A program made the position numbers and the translations under genes. DNA of 64,000 bases from Acidobacteriota bacterium (GTDB lineage: Bacteria > Acidobacteriota > UBA890 > WLXD01). Of the stretch, positions 27,958 through 38,411 are shown piece after piece (the stretch's first letter is position 1; each line of letters begins with the position of its first letter). The DNA lies in NCBI GenBank assembly GCA_963666055.2, contig CAXWPH010000007.1, positions 128,001 to 192,000 on the forward strand. Reading direction: 5' to 3'. Under the pieces are notes generated by a model. The model saw only the letters and a program-made list of their open reading frames with translations, was not told where the DNA came from and searched no databases.

Positions 27958-29589
27958 ATGACAACGAGCAAGCTCCTCGCCGCAACCCTGATAATCGCCT
28001 GCAGCGCGGCGGGAGCTGGTGGCCCGCGAAGCGCCGCGGCACAGACTCAGGCATCGAACTATTCCGAGCTGCTGGAGATCTTCGGCGACTTCCGCGCCCT
28101 CGAGCGTCCGCCGGTCGCGAACGGGGTCCCCGATTTCGGCGGCGATGCCATGCGCCGGCAGTATCAGGCGCTCGGACGGCTCCGACGCACGTTCGACGCG
28201 CTTGCCGTTGACGCCTGGCCGGTCGGCCAGAAGGTCGATTACCTGCTGGTCCGCGGCGAGATGAACGGCCTCGATTTTTATCACCGAGTGCTGCGGCCGT
28301 GGTCTCGCGACCCCGGGTTCTATCTGCAGACGATGGGCGGATCGGGACCATCGTGGAGGGGTGTGCGGATCAACGATCTGCCGATGCCGCCAGCCGAGCT
28401 GCCGGCAGTGCTGCAGGCGTTGGAGGCAGTTCCGACACTCCTGTCCGCGGCGCGCGACAACCTGCGCAACGTTCCGGCCGACCTGGTGACGCTGGCGCTG
28501 CATTACCTGCATGAAGAAGTGGCGTTCTTCGAGCGCATTCGTGATACCGCCGGCGGTCACCATCCGGAGCTGGTCGATCCGGCCGAAGCAGCGCGCGGCG
28601 CCGTAGTCGCTTATGGCGAGTGGCTAGAGAGCAACCGCGGACGCATGAACGGCCGGGCCGGCATCGGCAAGGACAACTACGACTGGTGGCTGCGCAACGT
28701 CCAGCTCGTGCCCTACACCTGGGACGACTTTCGCGAGATCGTCACTCGCGAGGACGAGCGCGTGCTCACCTACCTCGAGCTGGAGCGCAATCGTAATCGC
28801 CATCTGCCCGAGCTCGAGCCAGTGGCGACTGCGGAGGAGCACGCTCGCCGAAAACGAGCCGCGCTCGAGTTCGCCATGCGATTCTTGAGCGAATCGGAGA
28901 TCGCTACCATTCCCGACTACCTCGACGCCAGCGGCTATCTGTCGCGCGGGCCGCTGCAGCCTCCAGCGGTCTGGCCGCGCCCGGAGACCGACTTCTTCGA
29001 TCAGACCGGCGACCGCGAGCCGCTGCCCGAGCAGGTGCACGAATTCATCGGCCACTACTTCGACAACCAGCAACAGCAGCGCGACGAGCGCGTTATCCGC
29101 GGTGCCGAGCGGCTGTTCGCCATGGACATGATCCGCCTCGAAGGCTGGGCCTTCGGCCTCGAGGAGCTGCTGATGCACTCTGGCTACCTCGATGAGCGGT
29201 CGCCCCGAGGACGCGAGATCGTCTACATGCAGACGGCTTTCCGCTCCTGTCGCGCCATCGCCGATCAGAACATGCACGCCAACGACTTCACCCTCCAAGA
29301 GGCCATCGACTACTGCTACGCCTGCGCGCCCAACGGCTGGCTGTTACCCGACGGCTACCACGTCTGGTACGAGATGGCGACGAACCTGCGCTTCCCCGGC
29401 TGGCACTCCGGGATGGTCATCGGGAAGAGCCAGTTCATCAAGCTGTTCGGCGATCGCGTGCGCCAGCTGGGCCCTGACTTCGTACTGCGCGACTTCGTCG
29501 ACGAGTTTCTCGCCGCCGGCGGCATCCCGTTCTCGCTCATCCGCTGGGAAATGACCGGGCTCGACGACGAGATCCAGAAGCTCTGGTGA
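27958..29589 (+). CDS. DUF885-like secreted protein
   Basis: Signal peptide; VLRPWSRDPGFY, HEFIGH, EGWAFGLEE, FVLRDFVDEFLAAGGIP. Confidence 0.75.
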   Translation: MTTSKLLAATLIIACSAAGAGGPRSAAAQTQASNYSELLEIFGDFRALERPPVANGVPDFGGDAMRRQYQALGRLRRTFDALAVDAWPVGQKVDYLLVRGEMNGLDFYHRVLRPWSRDPGFYLQTMGGSGPSWRGVRINDLPMPPAELPAVLQALEAVPTLLSAARDNLRNVPADLVTLALHYLHEEVAFFERIRDTAGGHHPELVDPAEAARGAVVAYGEWLESNRGRMNGRAGIGKDNYDWWLRNVQLVPYTWDDFREIVTREDERVLTYLELERNRNRHLPELEPVATAEEHARRKRAALEFAMRFLSESEIATIPDYLDASGYLSRGPLQPPAVWPRPETDFFDQTGDREPLPEQVHEFIGHYFDNQQQQRDERVIRGAERLFAMDMIRLEGWAFGLEELLMHSGYLDERSPRGREIVYMQTAFRSCRAIADQNMHANDFTLQEAIDYCYACAPNGWLLPDGYHVWYEMATNLRFPGWHSGMVIGKSQFIKLFGDRVRQLGPDFVLRDFVDEFLAAGGIPFSLIRWEMTGLDDEIQKLW

Positions 29590-30548
29590 GCGCCCCACTG
29601 TACGTCGTGATCGGGGTCACCGGGCCCATGGGCGCGGCGGTTGCGCGGCGCCTCATCGAAGCTGGCCGCCGCGTCCGCGGCATCAACCGTAGTGGTCGCG
29701 GCCAGGTGCCAGAGGGCGTCGAGCTGGTCGCCGCCGATATCAAGGACGTCGACGCCGCGCGCGAGGCGTGCTCGGGGGCAAGCGTGCTGTTTCAGTGCGC
29801 CAGCGCCCCATACATGGACTGGTCCGACCCGGACAACCCGCAACCGTTGCGTTGGACCAACGAGACCGAGCACCTGCCGGCGATCACCGAGGGCACGATC
29901 GCCGCCGCTGCCGCTGCCGGCGCGCGCATTGTCTACGGCGACAACTACTATATATACGGTCCCGTCGACGGCCCGTTGACCGAGGACCATCCCTGGAACG
30001 CCAGCGACGAGAAGGGGCTGGCGCGCGTCGGCGTGGCGCGGCGCCTGCTCGACGCCCACGCGGCGAACGAAGTGGCGGTGACCATCGGCTGCGCCTCCGA
30101 CTTCTTTGGCCCCGAGGTGCTCAACTCCACCACCGGCGATCGATTGTTCGTACCGGCGCTTCGCGGCGAGCAGGCGGAAATCCTCGGTGCGGACGACGCC
30201 CTGCACAGCTACTCGTTTATCGACGATGTCGCCACGGGGCTGGTGACGCTCGGCGACCGAACTGAGGCTCTCGGACAGGTCTGGAACCTACCCAACGACG
30301 CGCCCGTGACCCCGCGGCGCTTCTTCGAGATCGTTTACGAGGAGGCTGGGCACGACCCAGCTACCAAGGTGGCCGACGACAGCCTGCGGCGCAGTCGGGG
30401 GTACGAGGCACACCTTCTGGACCGGCCCTTCATCGTCGACCACACGAAGTTCGACGGGGCCTTCGGCGCCCATCCGACGCCGCTACGACAGGCGATACGC
30501 GCGACCGTCGAGTGGTTCCGTCAGCGCCAGCGCGCCGGAGCAGCATGA
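29586..30548 (+). CDS. NAD-dependent epimerase/dehydratase (atypical SDR)
   Basis: VIGVTGPMG, DNYYIYG, SDFFGP, HSYSFIDDVA. Confidence 0.85.
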   Translation: MSAPLYVVIGVTGPMGAAVARRLIEAGRRVRGINRSGRGQVPEGVELVAADIKDVDAAREACSGASVLFQCASAPYMDWSDPDNPQPLRWTNETEHLPAITEGTIAAAAAAGARIVYGDNYYIYGPVDGPLTEDHPWNASDEKGLARVGVARRLLDAHAANEVAVTIGCASDFFGPEVLNSTTGDRLFVPALRGEQAEILGADDALHSYSFIDDVATGLVTLGDRTEALGQVWNLPNDAPVTPRRFFEIVYEEAGHDPATKVADDSLRRSRGYEAHLLDRPFIVDHTKFDGAFGAHPTPLRQAIRATVEWFRQRQRAGAA

Positions 30549-31303
30549 CGACTTCTGACACTGCTGAGGAACGTGTGGCGGTGGTCACCGGAGGCGCCAG
30601 TGGGCTCGGAGCCGGCATCGTGAAGCACCTGGCGGCGCGCGAATTCGGGGTTTGTCTGAACTACCTCACCGAGGACAAGGCGCTGCGCGTCGAGCGTGAC
30701 ATCCACGACGCCGGCCCGGCCCGTCTGCTCAAGTACCGCGCCGACGTCAGCCAGCGCGATCAGGTGCGCGCCATGTTCGATGCGGTGATCGACCGCTTCG
30801 GCCGTGTCGATGTGTTGATCAACGGTGCCGGATTCAACCGCGACGCGCCCTTCATGGAGCTCACCGACGAACAGTTCGACAGCGTCGTCGCCGTGCACCT
30901 GCGAGGCCACTTCATCTGCTCGCAGGAGTTCGTGTTCCACAATCCGGATCGCGATGGGCTGATCTTGAATTTCGCCGCGCCATGCGGTGCCGAGGGTCGT
31001 GCGAACGGCGCCAACTTCTGCAGCGCCAAGGGCGGAATTCTGGCGCTGACCAAGTGCATGGCCCTCGAGCTGGGGCCGAGGATCCGCGTCAACTGCCTGC
31101 AACCCGGCTCGATCAAGACACCCGAAGTGATTGAACGCTATGGTCTCGATAGCAGCACCGGCGTGGAGCGCGAGCTCGCCAAGCTGCCGGTGGGTCGTTT
31201 GGGCGAGCTGGCGGATGTGGCCCACATGGTCGACACGATCCTCGAGGCTCGTTTCACTACCGGCGCCTGCTTCCACGTCAACGGCGGCCAGTTCATGCAG
31301 TAG
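30545..31303 (+). CDS. SDR-family protein with Tyr-to-Phe at the YxxxK motif
   Basis: VTGGASGLG, LINGAG, ANFCSAKGG, IRVNCLQPG. Confidence 0.85.
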   Translation: MTTSDTAEERVAVVTGGASGLGAGIVKHLAAREFGVCLNYLTEDKALRVERDIHDAGPARLLKYRADVSQRDQVRAMFDAVIDRFGRVDVLINGAGFNRDAPFMELTDEQFDSVVAVHLRGHFICSQEFVFHNPDRDGLILNFAAPCGAEGRANGANFCSAKGGILALTKCMALELGPRIRVNCLQPGSIKTPEVIERYGLDSSTGVERELAKLPVGRLGELADVAHMVDTILEARFTTGACFHVNGGQFMQ

Positions 31304-31360
31304 CCCACCCCCCGACTGGATGAAGATGCGCCTCGATCTGAGCGACCAGGGAGGTACCGA

Positions 31361-32512
31361 ATGAAGCGGACGAGAAAGTCGATGCAAGGACTGCGGCTGG
31401 CCGCAGCTGCCGTAGTCGCCGTTGCCGTAGCCACCGTTGCCCTGGGAGGCACGGCATCGGGCGGCCCCCAGGTCGAAGGCGTGGACGCTCCGTACACTTG
31501 GTTCAATCTCGAGCGCGCCCTGCGTGACTCCCAGGCCCTCATCGACAAGCTCGGACACGACGACAACGGCATGCCGTCGTTCCAGCGTCTGGTCGACCGG
31601 GGCAGCGAGATGCTGTCGGCGCGTTCGGCGTCGCTACGGGAGGTCTCCGGCATCGTCGTCGAGCTCATCGCCTGGCAGTACTTCTTCACCCCCTCCGACC
31701 AGCACATCCCGCCGGTGCCGCTGATCGACACGGGCCACGCGATCGTCGCGCCGCCGCCTGGGGTGCATCCGTTCTACAAGAAGTACCTGAACGCCTACGA
31801 CGACGACTGGACCCAGGGCATCGCCATCATCACCTCGGAGCGCGTTCCGGACCGCGCCCTCCGCAAGGTCGAGCAAACCGTCAACTGGCTGTTAAGCGCC
31901 CGGCCCGACCTGCGTCAGGCGATGAGCTCCAACAACATCCGCGTTGCCGTGCGCGGCGTGGCCGAGGCCCGCGACAACTCCGACCATCCCGGCAATATCG
32001 GGCCAGGCGGGGCGCGGCCTGAGCGACCCACCACCTACATCGAGGAGGAGGGCGTTGCCTGGCGCGACAAGGCCGGCGCGATCCACGAGGGCTGGTACTC
32101 GCTGCGGCGCCACGTCGCCGTGGAAGAGTTCGGTCACTCGATTCACCGCAGCGGCCTGCCGTTCATCGATCCGCAGCATGATGTCGTTGCAGAGATCAAC
32201 GCTGCGTACATCAACGCTCTGCGAGAAGGGCTCTACTCGCCGCCTCAGTATCTCGATGGGCCTGGGCTCACTGACCCGTCGATGGCAGATCAGCTGGAGA
32301 GCGAGATCGAGGCGCTGCGCGACGGGGAGTACTTCGCCGTCGGACTCGACTGCTTCTACGGCGTCGTGCACGAAAATGAGGAGTACACGCTCAAGACGCG
32401 CGATGAGATGCGGCTACGCGACCCGATGCTCTACGAGATCATCAGCCGTTACTTCCCGACCGAAGAATGGTCGCCGATGGATTATGCGCCCGAGATCTAC
32501 GAGGAGCGCTGA
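31361..32512 (+). CDS. Secreted zincin-like protein (EEFGH)
   Basis: GGAGG RBS, signal peptide; AVEEFGHSIH...EYFAVG...RDEMRLRDPMLY. Confidence 0.6.
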   Translation: MKRTRKSMQGLRLAAAAVVAVAVATVALGGTASGGPQVEGVDAPYTWFNLERALRDSQALIDKLGHDDNGMPSFQRLVDRGSEMLSARSASLREVSGIVVELIAWQYFFTPSDQHIPPVPLIDTGHAIVAPPPGVHPFYKKYLNAYDDDWTQGIAIITSERVPDRALRKVEQTVNWLLSARPDLRQAMSSNNIRVAVRGVAEARDNSDHPGNIGPGGARPERPTTYIEEEGVAWRDKAGAIHEGWYSLRRHVAVEEFGHSIHRSGLPFIDPQHDVVAEINAAYINALREGLYSPPQYLDGPGLTDPSMADQLESEIEALRDGEYFAVGLDCFYGVVHENEEYTLKTRDEMRLRDPMLYEIISRYFPTEEWSPMDYAPEIYEER

Positions 32513-32527
32513 ATCGTGACGGGGTGG

Positions 32528-33547
32528 TCAGGGAGTCGCCTCGGACCCGTCACCTTCGAACGCCGCCATGTCGATCTCCGACCAGGGCGGCAGCGACTCG
32601 AGGTCGACGTTGCCGCCGCTCAGGATCAATCCAACTCGACGTCCCCCGGGCTCGATACGGCGCTCCAGGAGTGCCGCGACCGGTACCGCGGCGCTCGGCT
32701 CGATGACGATCTTCATGGTCTCCCACACCAGGCGCATGGCGGCGAGAATGCCAGCCTCCGAGACCGTGACGATGTCTGTAACGTGCTCAGCGATGATCGC
32801 GAAGTTGCGCTCACCGAGGGAGGTACGCAGCCCGTCGGCACGAGTGCGCGGATCGGTCTGCGGCACGATCGCCCCCAGGCGCAACGACTGCAGGGCATCG
32901 TCGGCGCACTCCGGCTCGCAGCCGATGACCGCGACGGACGGATGGCGCGTCGCCGCCGCGATACACGTGCCGCCGAGCAGCCCCCCGCCCCCGACGGGGG
33001 CGAGTGCGAGGTCGAGATCAGGTACGTCCGCGAGCAGCTCGACCGCACAGGTGCCCTGCCCGGCGATGGTCCGCGGGTCGTCGTACGGGCGCACGGAGCT
33101 GGCCCCGAGACGCTCCTGGATTTGGGCAGCGGCAGCGTCGAACTCCTCGGCGGTGGGAATGTCGCCCTTACCTTCCACCCAGACGATGTTGCCGCCGTAG
33201 CGCTGCACGGCGGCCACCTTGGAGCGCACCGCCACCTTCGGCATGGCGATGTGGGCCTGCATGCCACGCGTTTGCGCCGCCAGCGACACCGCCGCCGCGT
33301 GGTTGCCCGAGGAGCTCGTAACGATGCCGCGCGCCGCCTCCTCGTCAGTCAGGGACATGACGGCGTTGAAGGCGCCGCGAATCTTGAACGCACCGGTCTT
33401 CTGGAAGTTCTCGCATTTGAAGAAGCAGCTGGCGCCGAAACGCCGATCCAGCGTCGAGCTCGTCATCACTGGCGTACGGTGGATGTACGGCGCGATGCGC
33501 GCATGGGCCTCCTCGATCTCCTTTCGACCTACCGATGCTTGGCTCAC
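32528..33547 (-). CDS. PLP-dependent threonine/serine dehydratase (serine racemase-like)
   Basis: FKCENFQKTGAFKIRGA, SSGNHA, PVGGGGL, IEPSAAV, ILSGGNVD. Confidence 0.92.
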   Translation of the reverse strand: MSQASVGRKEIEEAHARIAPYIHRTPVMTSSTLDRRFGASCFFKCENFQKTGAFKIRGAFNAVMSLTDEEAARGIVTSSSGNHAAAVSLAAQTRGMQAHIAMPKVAVRSKVAAVQRYGGNIVWVEGKGDIPTAEEFDAAAAQIQERLGASSVRPYDDPRTIAGQGTCAVELLADVPDLDLALAPVGGGGLLGGTCIAAATRHPSVAVIGCEPECADDALQSLRLGAIVPQTDPRTRADGLRTSLGERNFAIIAEHVTDIVTVSEAGILAAMRLVWETMKIVIEPSAAVPVAALLERRIEPGGRRVGLILSGGNVDLESLPPWSEIDMAAFEGDGSEATP

Positions 33548-33600
33548 CGACCCCTGCCTTCTGCGACCCTTTGACCGTTCACCGGTCCTGGGAGGATTTG

Positions 33601-34521
33601 ATGCGGACGCTAACCATACCTGTCCTGCTCGCGCTTCTCGCTGCCTGCGGCGGCATGCCGACCGATGATTCGACGCCGGTCGCCGAGGAGGCCCCGGCCG
33701 ACGACACTGTCGGCGGGCTCCTTGGCGGCTGTATCCTCATCGCGCCGCTCGGAGCGGTGCCAGATGATCTGTATACCCGCACCGACATCACCGCCAGCGA
33801 TACCTACCCGCCGTTCACCAAGGAGCTCACCGTCTACGGGCTCACCCTTATCGGCGATGCGAGCGTCTCCGATCCGTTCATGCAGCTGGTCGCGGATGCC
33901 GTCACCGAGAGCTTCCCAGCCGACCAGAGCCTCGATCTGGCGGCCCAGCAGCGTGTGATGCGTAGCATGTACGAGCACAAGGCGCTCATCCCGTTTTTCG
34001 TGGGACAGCCGCAGCGAAACGACGAGTTCGACCGCCACTTCGACGCCGTGCGGAATCAGAACAGCGTTTGCGACATCATCATGCAGGTCGACGACGGACA
34101 GGTCATGGAGGTCGTCGAGCACATCCTCCACTACGTCAGCGATGTCGGGCTGCACTTCGCCTTCCCGGCGGAATGGGGCATCTCCCCTGACTCCGAGTTG
34201 GCTGAGGCGATGGATCGCGCCGTCGAGGCCGGCTACTACGACATTGGCTCGTACGACGACATCGACGAAGACGAGGTGCGGTTCAGGGTCGCCATACAGG
34301 AGTTCGCCTACTGGGTAATCTCGACTGCCTGGAACCTGCAGGCGGACTACGGTCCGCAGGGCGGTGGCGAGTGGACAATCATCGACGCCACCGACCTGCA
34401 GGCCAAGATGCCCGAGCTATACGCCATGGTCGAGCGCACCGTGGGTCGCACCATGGTCGCCCCGAGCCTGGAGACACTGCGAGCCATCGGACCCACCAGA
34501 GCAGAGGAGGCACAAGACTGA
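33601..34521 (+). CDS. Lipoprotein, zincin-like (EHxxH)
   Basis: GGAGG RBS; lipobox LAAC; VVEHILHYV...QEFAYW...LQAKMPELY. Confidence 0.6.
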   Translation: MRTLTIPVLLALLAACGGMPTDDSTPVAEEAPADDTVGGLLGGCILIAPLGAVPDDLYTRTDITASDTYPPFTKELTVYGLTLIGDASVSDPFMQLVADAVTESFPADQSLDLAAQQRVMRSMYEHKALIPFFVGQPQRNDEFDRHFDAVRNQNSVCDIIMQVDDGQVMEVVEHILHYVSDVGLHFAFPAEWGISPDSELAEAMDRAVEAGYYDIGSYDDIDEDEVRFRVAIQEFAYWVISTAWNLQADYGPQGGGEWTIIDATDLQAKMPELYAMVERTVGRTMVAPSLETLRAIGPTRAEEAQD

Positions 34522-35330
34522 TGAGTGGTCGAGCCGGCCAGCTCGCGCTCGCCATCGCTGTGATCGCCTGCAGCAGTGCCGTCCAGACCGACGACCCCGA
34601 GGATCGGTCGACGACGGACGCCGCTGGTAGCGACCTCGGCTTGGCGCGCGACTTCCGGATTGTCCTGTCGCAAGACGCCGGCGACGGCAGCGCCCTGTTC
34701 GGGCTCGATCTCGAGAACGGAGCGGCCGAGCAGCTCATCGAGCCGATGGGATACGCTGGCTACGCGGTATGGGCACCGGACGGCGCTCGCGTGGTGTTTC
34801 TGGGCGGGGGAGCCGACGGCGTCGCCCTCAGGGCCCTGGATGCCGAATCGGGGAAGGTCACGGAGCTCATCGCCGGAATTGGCGACCCGGTGGACTTCTC
34901 GCCCGACGGCTCGACCATGCTTCTCACCCTCGATCTGGAAGAGGGCGGCGGCGCAATCACCTTCGAGTCGGGACGCGACGGCAACCCGGAGATCTACCGT
35001 CACGATCTGGAGACCGGCGCCACCGAGCGCCTGACTGACAACTCGGGGCTCGATGAGTGGCCGTCGTTCTCACCCAGCGGCACCCAGATCGCCTGGGCGT
35101 CGGGTGGAGAGGAACGAAAGCACCTCTGGGTCATGCAGGCCGACGGTAGCGACAAGCGACAACTCACCGACAGCCTGATGTTCGGCGACGCGTACCCGGA
35201 GTGGTCTCCCGACGGCCAGCAGATCCTGCTCACGGTGAACACGGACGATGGGCCGGCGCTCTATCTGATCGACCTGGCAACGAGGGCAGCGACCCCGGTC
35301 GGCCCCGGTGCAGCGCCGACGTGGCGATGA
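34521..35330 (+). CDS. TolB-like PD40 lipoprotein, apparently internally deleted
   Basis: WAPDG/FSPDG/FSPSG/WSPDG repeats; one blade junction (EEGGG|AITFES) lacks its xSPDG part. Confidence 0.7.
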   Translation: MSGRAGQLALAIAVIACSSAVQTDDPEDRSTTDAAGSDLGLARDFRIVLSQDAGDGSALFGLDLENGAAEQLIEPMGYAGYAVWAPDGARVVFLGGGADGVALRALDAESGKVTELIAGIGDPVDFSPDGSTMLLTLDLEEGGGAITFESGRDGNPEIYRHDLETGATERLTDNSGLDEWPSFSPSGTQIAWASGGEERKHLWVMQADGSDKRQLTDSLMFGDAYPEWSPDGQQILLTVNTDDGPALYLIDLATRAATPVGPGAAPTWR

Positions 35331-35353
35331 GCCGATCCGGCGCCGGAGGGTCC

Positions 35354-36898
35354 ATGAGCACGGTGGTTCGAGCCAGCCTCGGCGTCGTGCTCCTGGGGGT
35401 CGCCGCACTTCCGGCCATGTCGGCCCAGGAACCCGTCCACTGGGACGTCGTCGACGCGATCATGCAGGAGGCCTTCGAGCACTCCGATCTCATGGAGAAT
35501 GCCAGCTGGCTCACGGATGTGTTCGGGCCACGCAATGCCAAGTCGCCGTCGTACATCTCAGCAGCCGAGTGGGCGCGCGACCGCCTCATCCAGTACGGCC
35601 TGCCGAACGCCGCCTTGGAACCGTACGAGTTCGGTAGCGGCTACGTGAACGAGTACATCTCGGTGCACATGATGACGCCGCAATACATGCCGATCATCGC
35701 CTATCCGGCAACCTGGTCGGCCGGCACCGATGGCCGAGTAGTCGGCACTGCGGTTTACCTGGACTTCGGCTCGATCGAGTCGGAAGCCGACCTAGAGCGC
35801 TACCGTGGAAAGCTGCACGACGCCATCGTGCTTACGCATCCGGCGCAACAGCTCCCGACGCAGTTCACGCCCCGCTCGACCATCTTCACCGACGCGCAGC
35901 TCGACGAGATGGCACGCATCCCGATCGGCCCGACACCCGAGCGGCGCAACCGGAGACGCGATTCAGGCCGGCTCGGCCGGCGGCAGATCATCGACTTCGT
36001 TGTCAGCGAGGGCGCCCTTGCCATCGTCCGTACCGACGGCCGAGGCGATTACGGCACCGTGACCGTCTCCAACACTGGCTACACGCTCGAAACACGGCCA
36101 TGGGAGCCCGATGCGCCGCCCCCGCACACGGAGCTATTCATGGCCGCCGAGCACTACAACCGCATCCTCCGCATCCTCGAAAAAGGCATCGCCGTCGAGG
36201 TCGAGCTGGATCTCCGCGTGCGCTTCACCGACGAGGACACCCTCGACTACAACGTTGTCGCCGAGATTCCAGGCACGGATCTGGCCGACGAGCTTGTGCT
36301 GCTGGGCGGCCACCTGCAAGCGAATCCGGCGGGCACAGGCGCGACCGATGACGCCGCCGGGGTCGTGGTGTCGATGGAGGTCATGCGCATCTTCCAGGAA
36401 CTGGGGATCCAGCCGCGACGCACCGTGCGCGTCGGCCTCTGGGGCGGCCACGAGATGGGTGTCTTCGGAAACCGCGCCCACGTCGCCGCCAACTTCGCCG
36501 ACGTCAAGACACGCCAGTACAAAGCCGACTACGACAATCTCTCGGCCTACTTCAACGTCGATCACGGTAGCGGCAGAATCCGCGGCGTCTCGATCATGGG
36601 CAATGAGGTCATCCGATCGATCTTCAGCCAGTGGATGAAACCACTGGGCGGCCTCGGCATGTCCCACCTGTTCACCACCGGCATGCAGCACGAGGCCTAC
36701 GAAGAGGTCGGCCTGCCGGGCTACTACTTCGTTCAGGACGACCTCGACGGCGATGCCCACACGCACTCCAACATGGACGTCTACGACCGGCTGGTGGAAG
36801 AGCACCTGATGGCCAACACCGTGATCCTGGCTACCTTCGTGTACCACGCCGCCATGCGCGACGAGAAGCTGCCGCGTGTCGCGCCAAGACCCTGGTAA
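35354..36898 (+). CDS. M28-family peptidase (carboxypeptidase Q-like) with altered active-site residues
   Basis: Signal peptide; YNVVAEIPGTD, GGHLQA, GATDDAAG, RTVRVGLWGGHE, YFNVDHG, HSNMDVYD. Confidence 0.85.
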   Translation: MSTVVRASLGVVLLGVAALPAMSAQEPVHWDVVDAIMQEAFEHSDLMENASWLTDVFGPRNAKSPSYISAAEWARDRLIQYGLPNAALEPYEFGSGYVNEYISVHMMTPQYMPIIAYPATWSAGTDGRVVGTAVYLDFGSIESEADLERYRGKLHDAIVLTHPAQQLPTQFTPRSTIFTDAQLDEMARIPIGPTPERRNRRRDSGRLGRRQIIDFVVSEGALAIVRTDGRGDYGTVTVSNTGYTLETRPWEPDAPPPHTELFMAAEHYNRILRILEKGIAVEVELDLRVRFTDEDTLDYNVVAEIPGTDLADELVLLGGHLQANPAGTGATDDAAGVVVSMEVMRIFQELGIQPRRTVRVGLWGGHEMGVFGNRAHVAANFADVKTRQYKADYDNLSAYFNVDHGSGRIRGVSIMGNEVIRSIFSQWMKPLGGLGMSHLFTTGMQHEAYEEVGLPGYYFVQDDLDGDAHTHSNMDVYDRLVEEHLMANTVILATFVYHAAMRDEKLPRVAPRPW

Positions 36899-36967
36899 CG
36901 TCGTCGAGTTGCTCAGCCCCCTGGCAATCGTCCCTCCGGCCCACCCTGGAACAAGCGAGCCCACGCC

Positions 36968-38398
36968 ATGAAGCTACGCACAATCCTGGTCCTACTCGCC
37001 ATCTCGCTGCCGACTTTCTCGCAAGCGCAGATCGCCAACCAGACCGCTAAGTCACGGGCGGAGATCCTGCACCTGATCCGGCGCGAGAAGCTCGACCTCA
37101 TCCTCCCCGGAGCGATGCGCGACAACAACGTCGACATGTGGATCCACGTCGTGCGCGCCGGCAACCCCGACCCCATGTCGGTGCACTTCGGATCGGCCAG
37201 CGGCTACCTGATCTTCACCGACCGCGGCGGCAGCCGCATCGAGCGCGCCGTTCTCGGCGGCGGCGGGCACCCGGAGCTGTTCGACATCTTCGGCTCAGAC
37301 GAGCTTGCCCGCGCCGTAGAAGGGTACGACTTCGGCAACCAGGACCCCGCCGTGTACGACGAGCTGCGCGAGTTCGTGGCCGAGCGCGACCCGCAGACGA
37401 TCGCCGTCAACACCTCGGACTGGCTGGCGATCGCCGATGGGATCTCGCACTCCGACTATGTCAAGCTCGAGCGCATTCTCGGCCCGGAGTACTCGTCGCG
37501 AATCGTTTCGGCGGAGAACGTGATCACGGATTTCCGAGCGCGGCGCGTACAGCGTGAACTCGTCGCGTTTGCCAACGCGCTCGAGGCGCATCGAGAGATC
37601 CTCGAGCGGGCGCTCTCACGCGAGGTCATCACGCCGGGACAAACCACCCTGGGAGAGATCGGCTGGTGGGTGCGCGAGGAGATGTTCCGCCGCGGCCTCA
37701 ACCACGGCACCTCAACCGGGGTGAGCATCCCGAGGATCCTCTACTCGGCCAAGTCCGAGCCCATCGACCCGCCGGACGTGCGCTGGTGGATCCACCACAA
37801 CGACTACGTCATCCAGCGCGGCGACTTCCTCACCTACGACATCGGGGTGCGCTATCTCGACTACTTCGTCACCGACTACAAGCGCAACGCCTACGTGCTG
37901 CAGGAGGGCGAGACAGGCGTTCCCGACAGCATCCAGCACGCCTTCGATCAGGCGATCCGCGCTCGCGAGCTCATCCGGGCCAATATCCGCATCGGCAGGA
38001 CGGCGGGTCAGACGCTCGAAGCCATCGTTCAGGCGCTCGAGGAAGTGGGGTACATCTATACCCCCTTCATCGACATCGGCACGGAAGACTACAAGCTGGT
38101 CCAGCGGATGCTGGCAGACACCGACCAGTCGGGCTTCTCCATCGACCTCCACAGCCAGGGCAACAACGGCGGCAGCCTGGTGACCGTCGGCCCCTCGGTA
38201 GCACCGTTCCGCTCGGATCGCGACCACCTGACGATCCAGGAAAACCACATCTTCTCGTTCGAGTACATGGTGCACACCAACCTGCCCGAGCGTCCCGGCT
38301 TCCCGGTGTCGCTCAACATCGAGGGCAATCACGTGGTCACCCACCGCGGCGTCGAGTACCTGTACCCGCCGAACGAGCGCATTCTGCTGATTCACTGA
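36968..38398 (+). CDS. Secreted M24-family (Xaa-Pro aminopeptidase-like) protein
   Basis: Signal peptide; EVITPGQTT, IQRGDFLTYDIG..TDYKRNAYVL, H..G, FSFE, IEGNHVVT. Confidence 0.75.
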   Translation: MKLRTILVLLAISLPTFSQAQIANQTAKSRAEILHLIRREKLDLILPGAMRDNNVDMWIHVVRAGNPDPMSVHFGSASGYLIFTDRGGSRIERAVLGGGGHPELFDIFGSDELARAVEGYDFGNQDPAVYDELREFVAERDPQTIAVNTSDWLAIADGISHSDYVKLERILGPEYSSRIVSAENVITDFRARRVQRELVAFANALEAHREILERALSREVITPGQTTLGEIGWWVREEMFRRGLNHGTSTGVSIPRILYSAKSEPIDPPDVRWWIHHNDYVIQRGDFLTYDIGVRYLDYFVTDYKRNAYVLQEGETGVPDSIQHAFDQAIRARELIRANIRIGRTAGQTLEAIVQALEEVGYIYTPFIDIGTEDYKLVQRMLADTDQSGFSIDLHSQGNNGGSLVTVGPSVAPFRSDRDHLTIQENHIFSFEYMVHTNLPERPGFPVSLNIEGNHVVTHRGVEYLYPPNERILLIH

Positions 38399-38411
38399 CA
38401 GGAGAGAGGCG

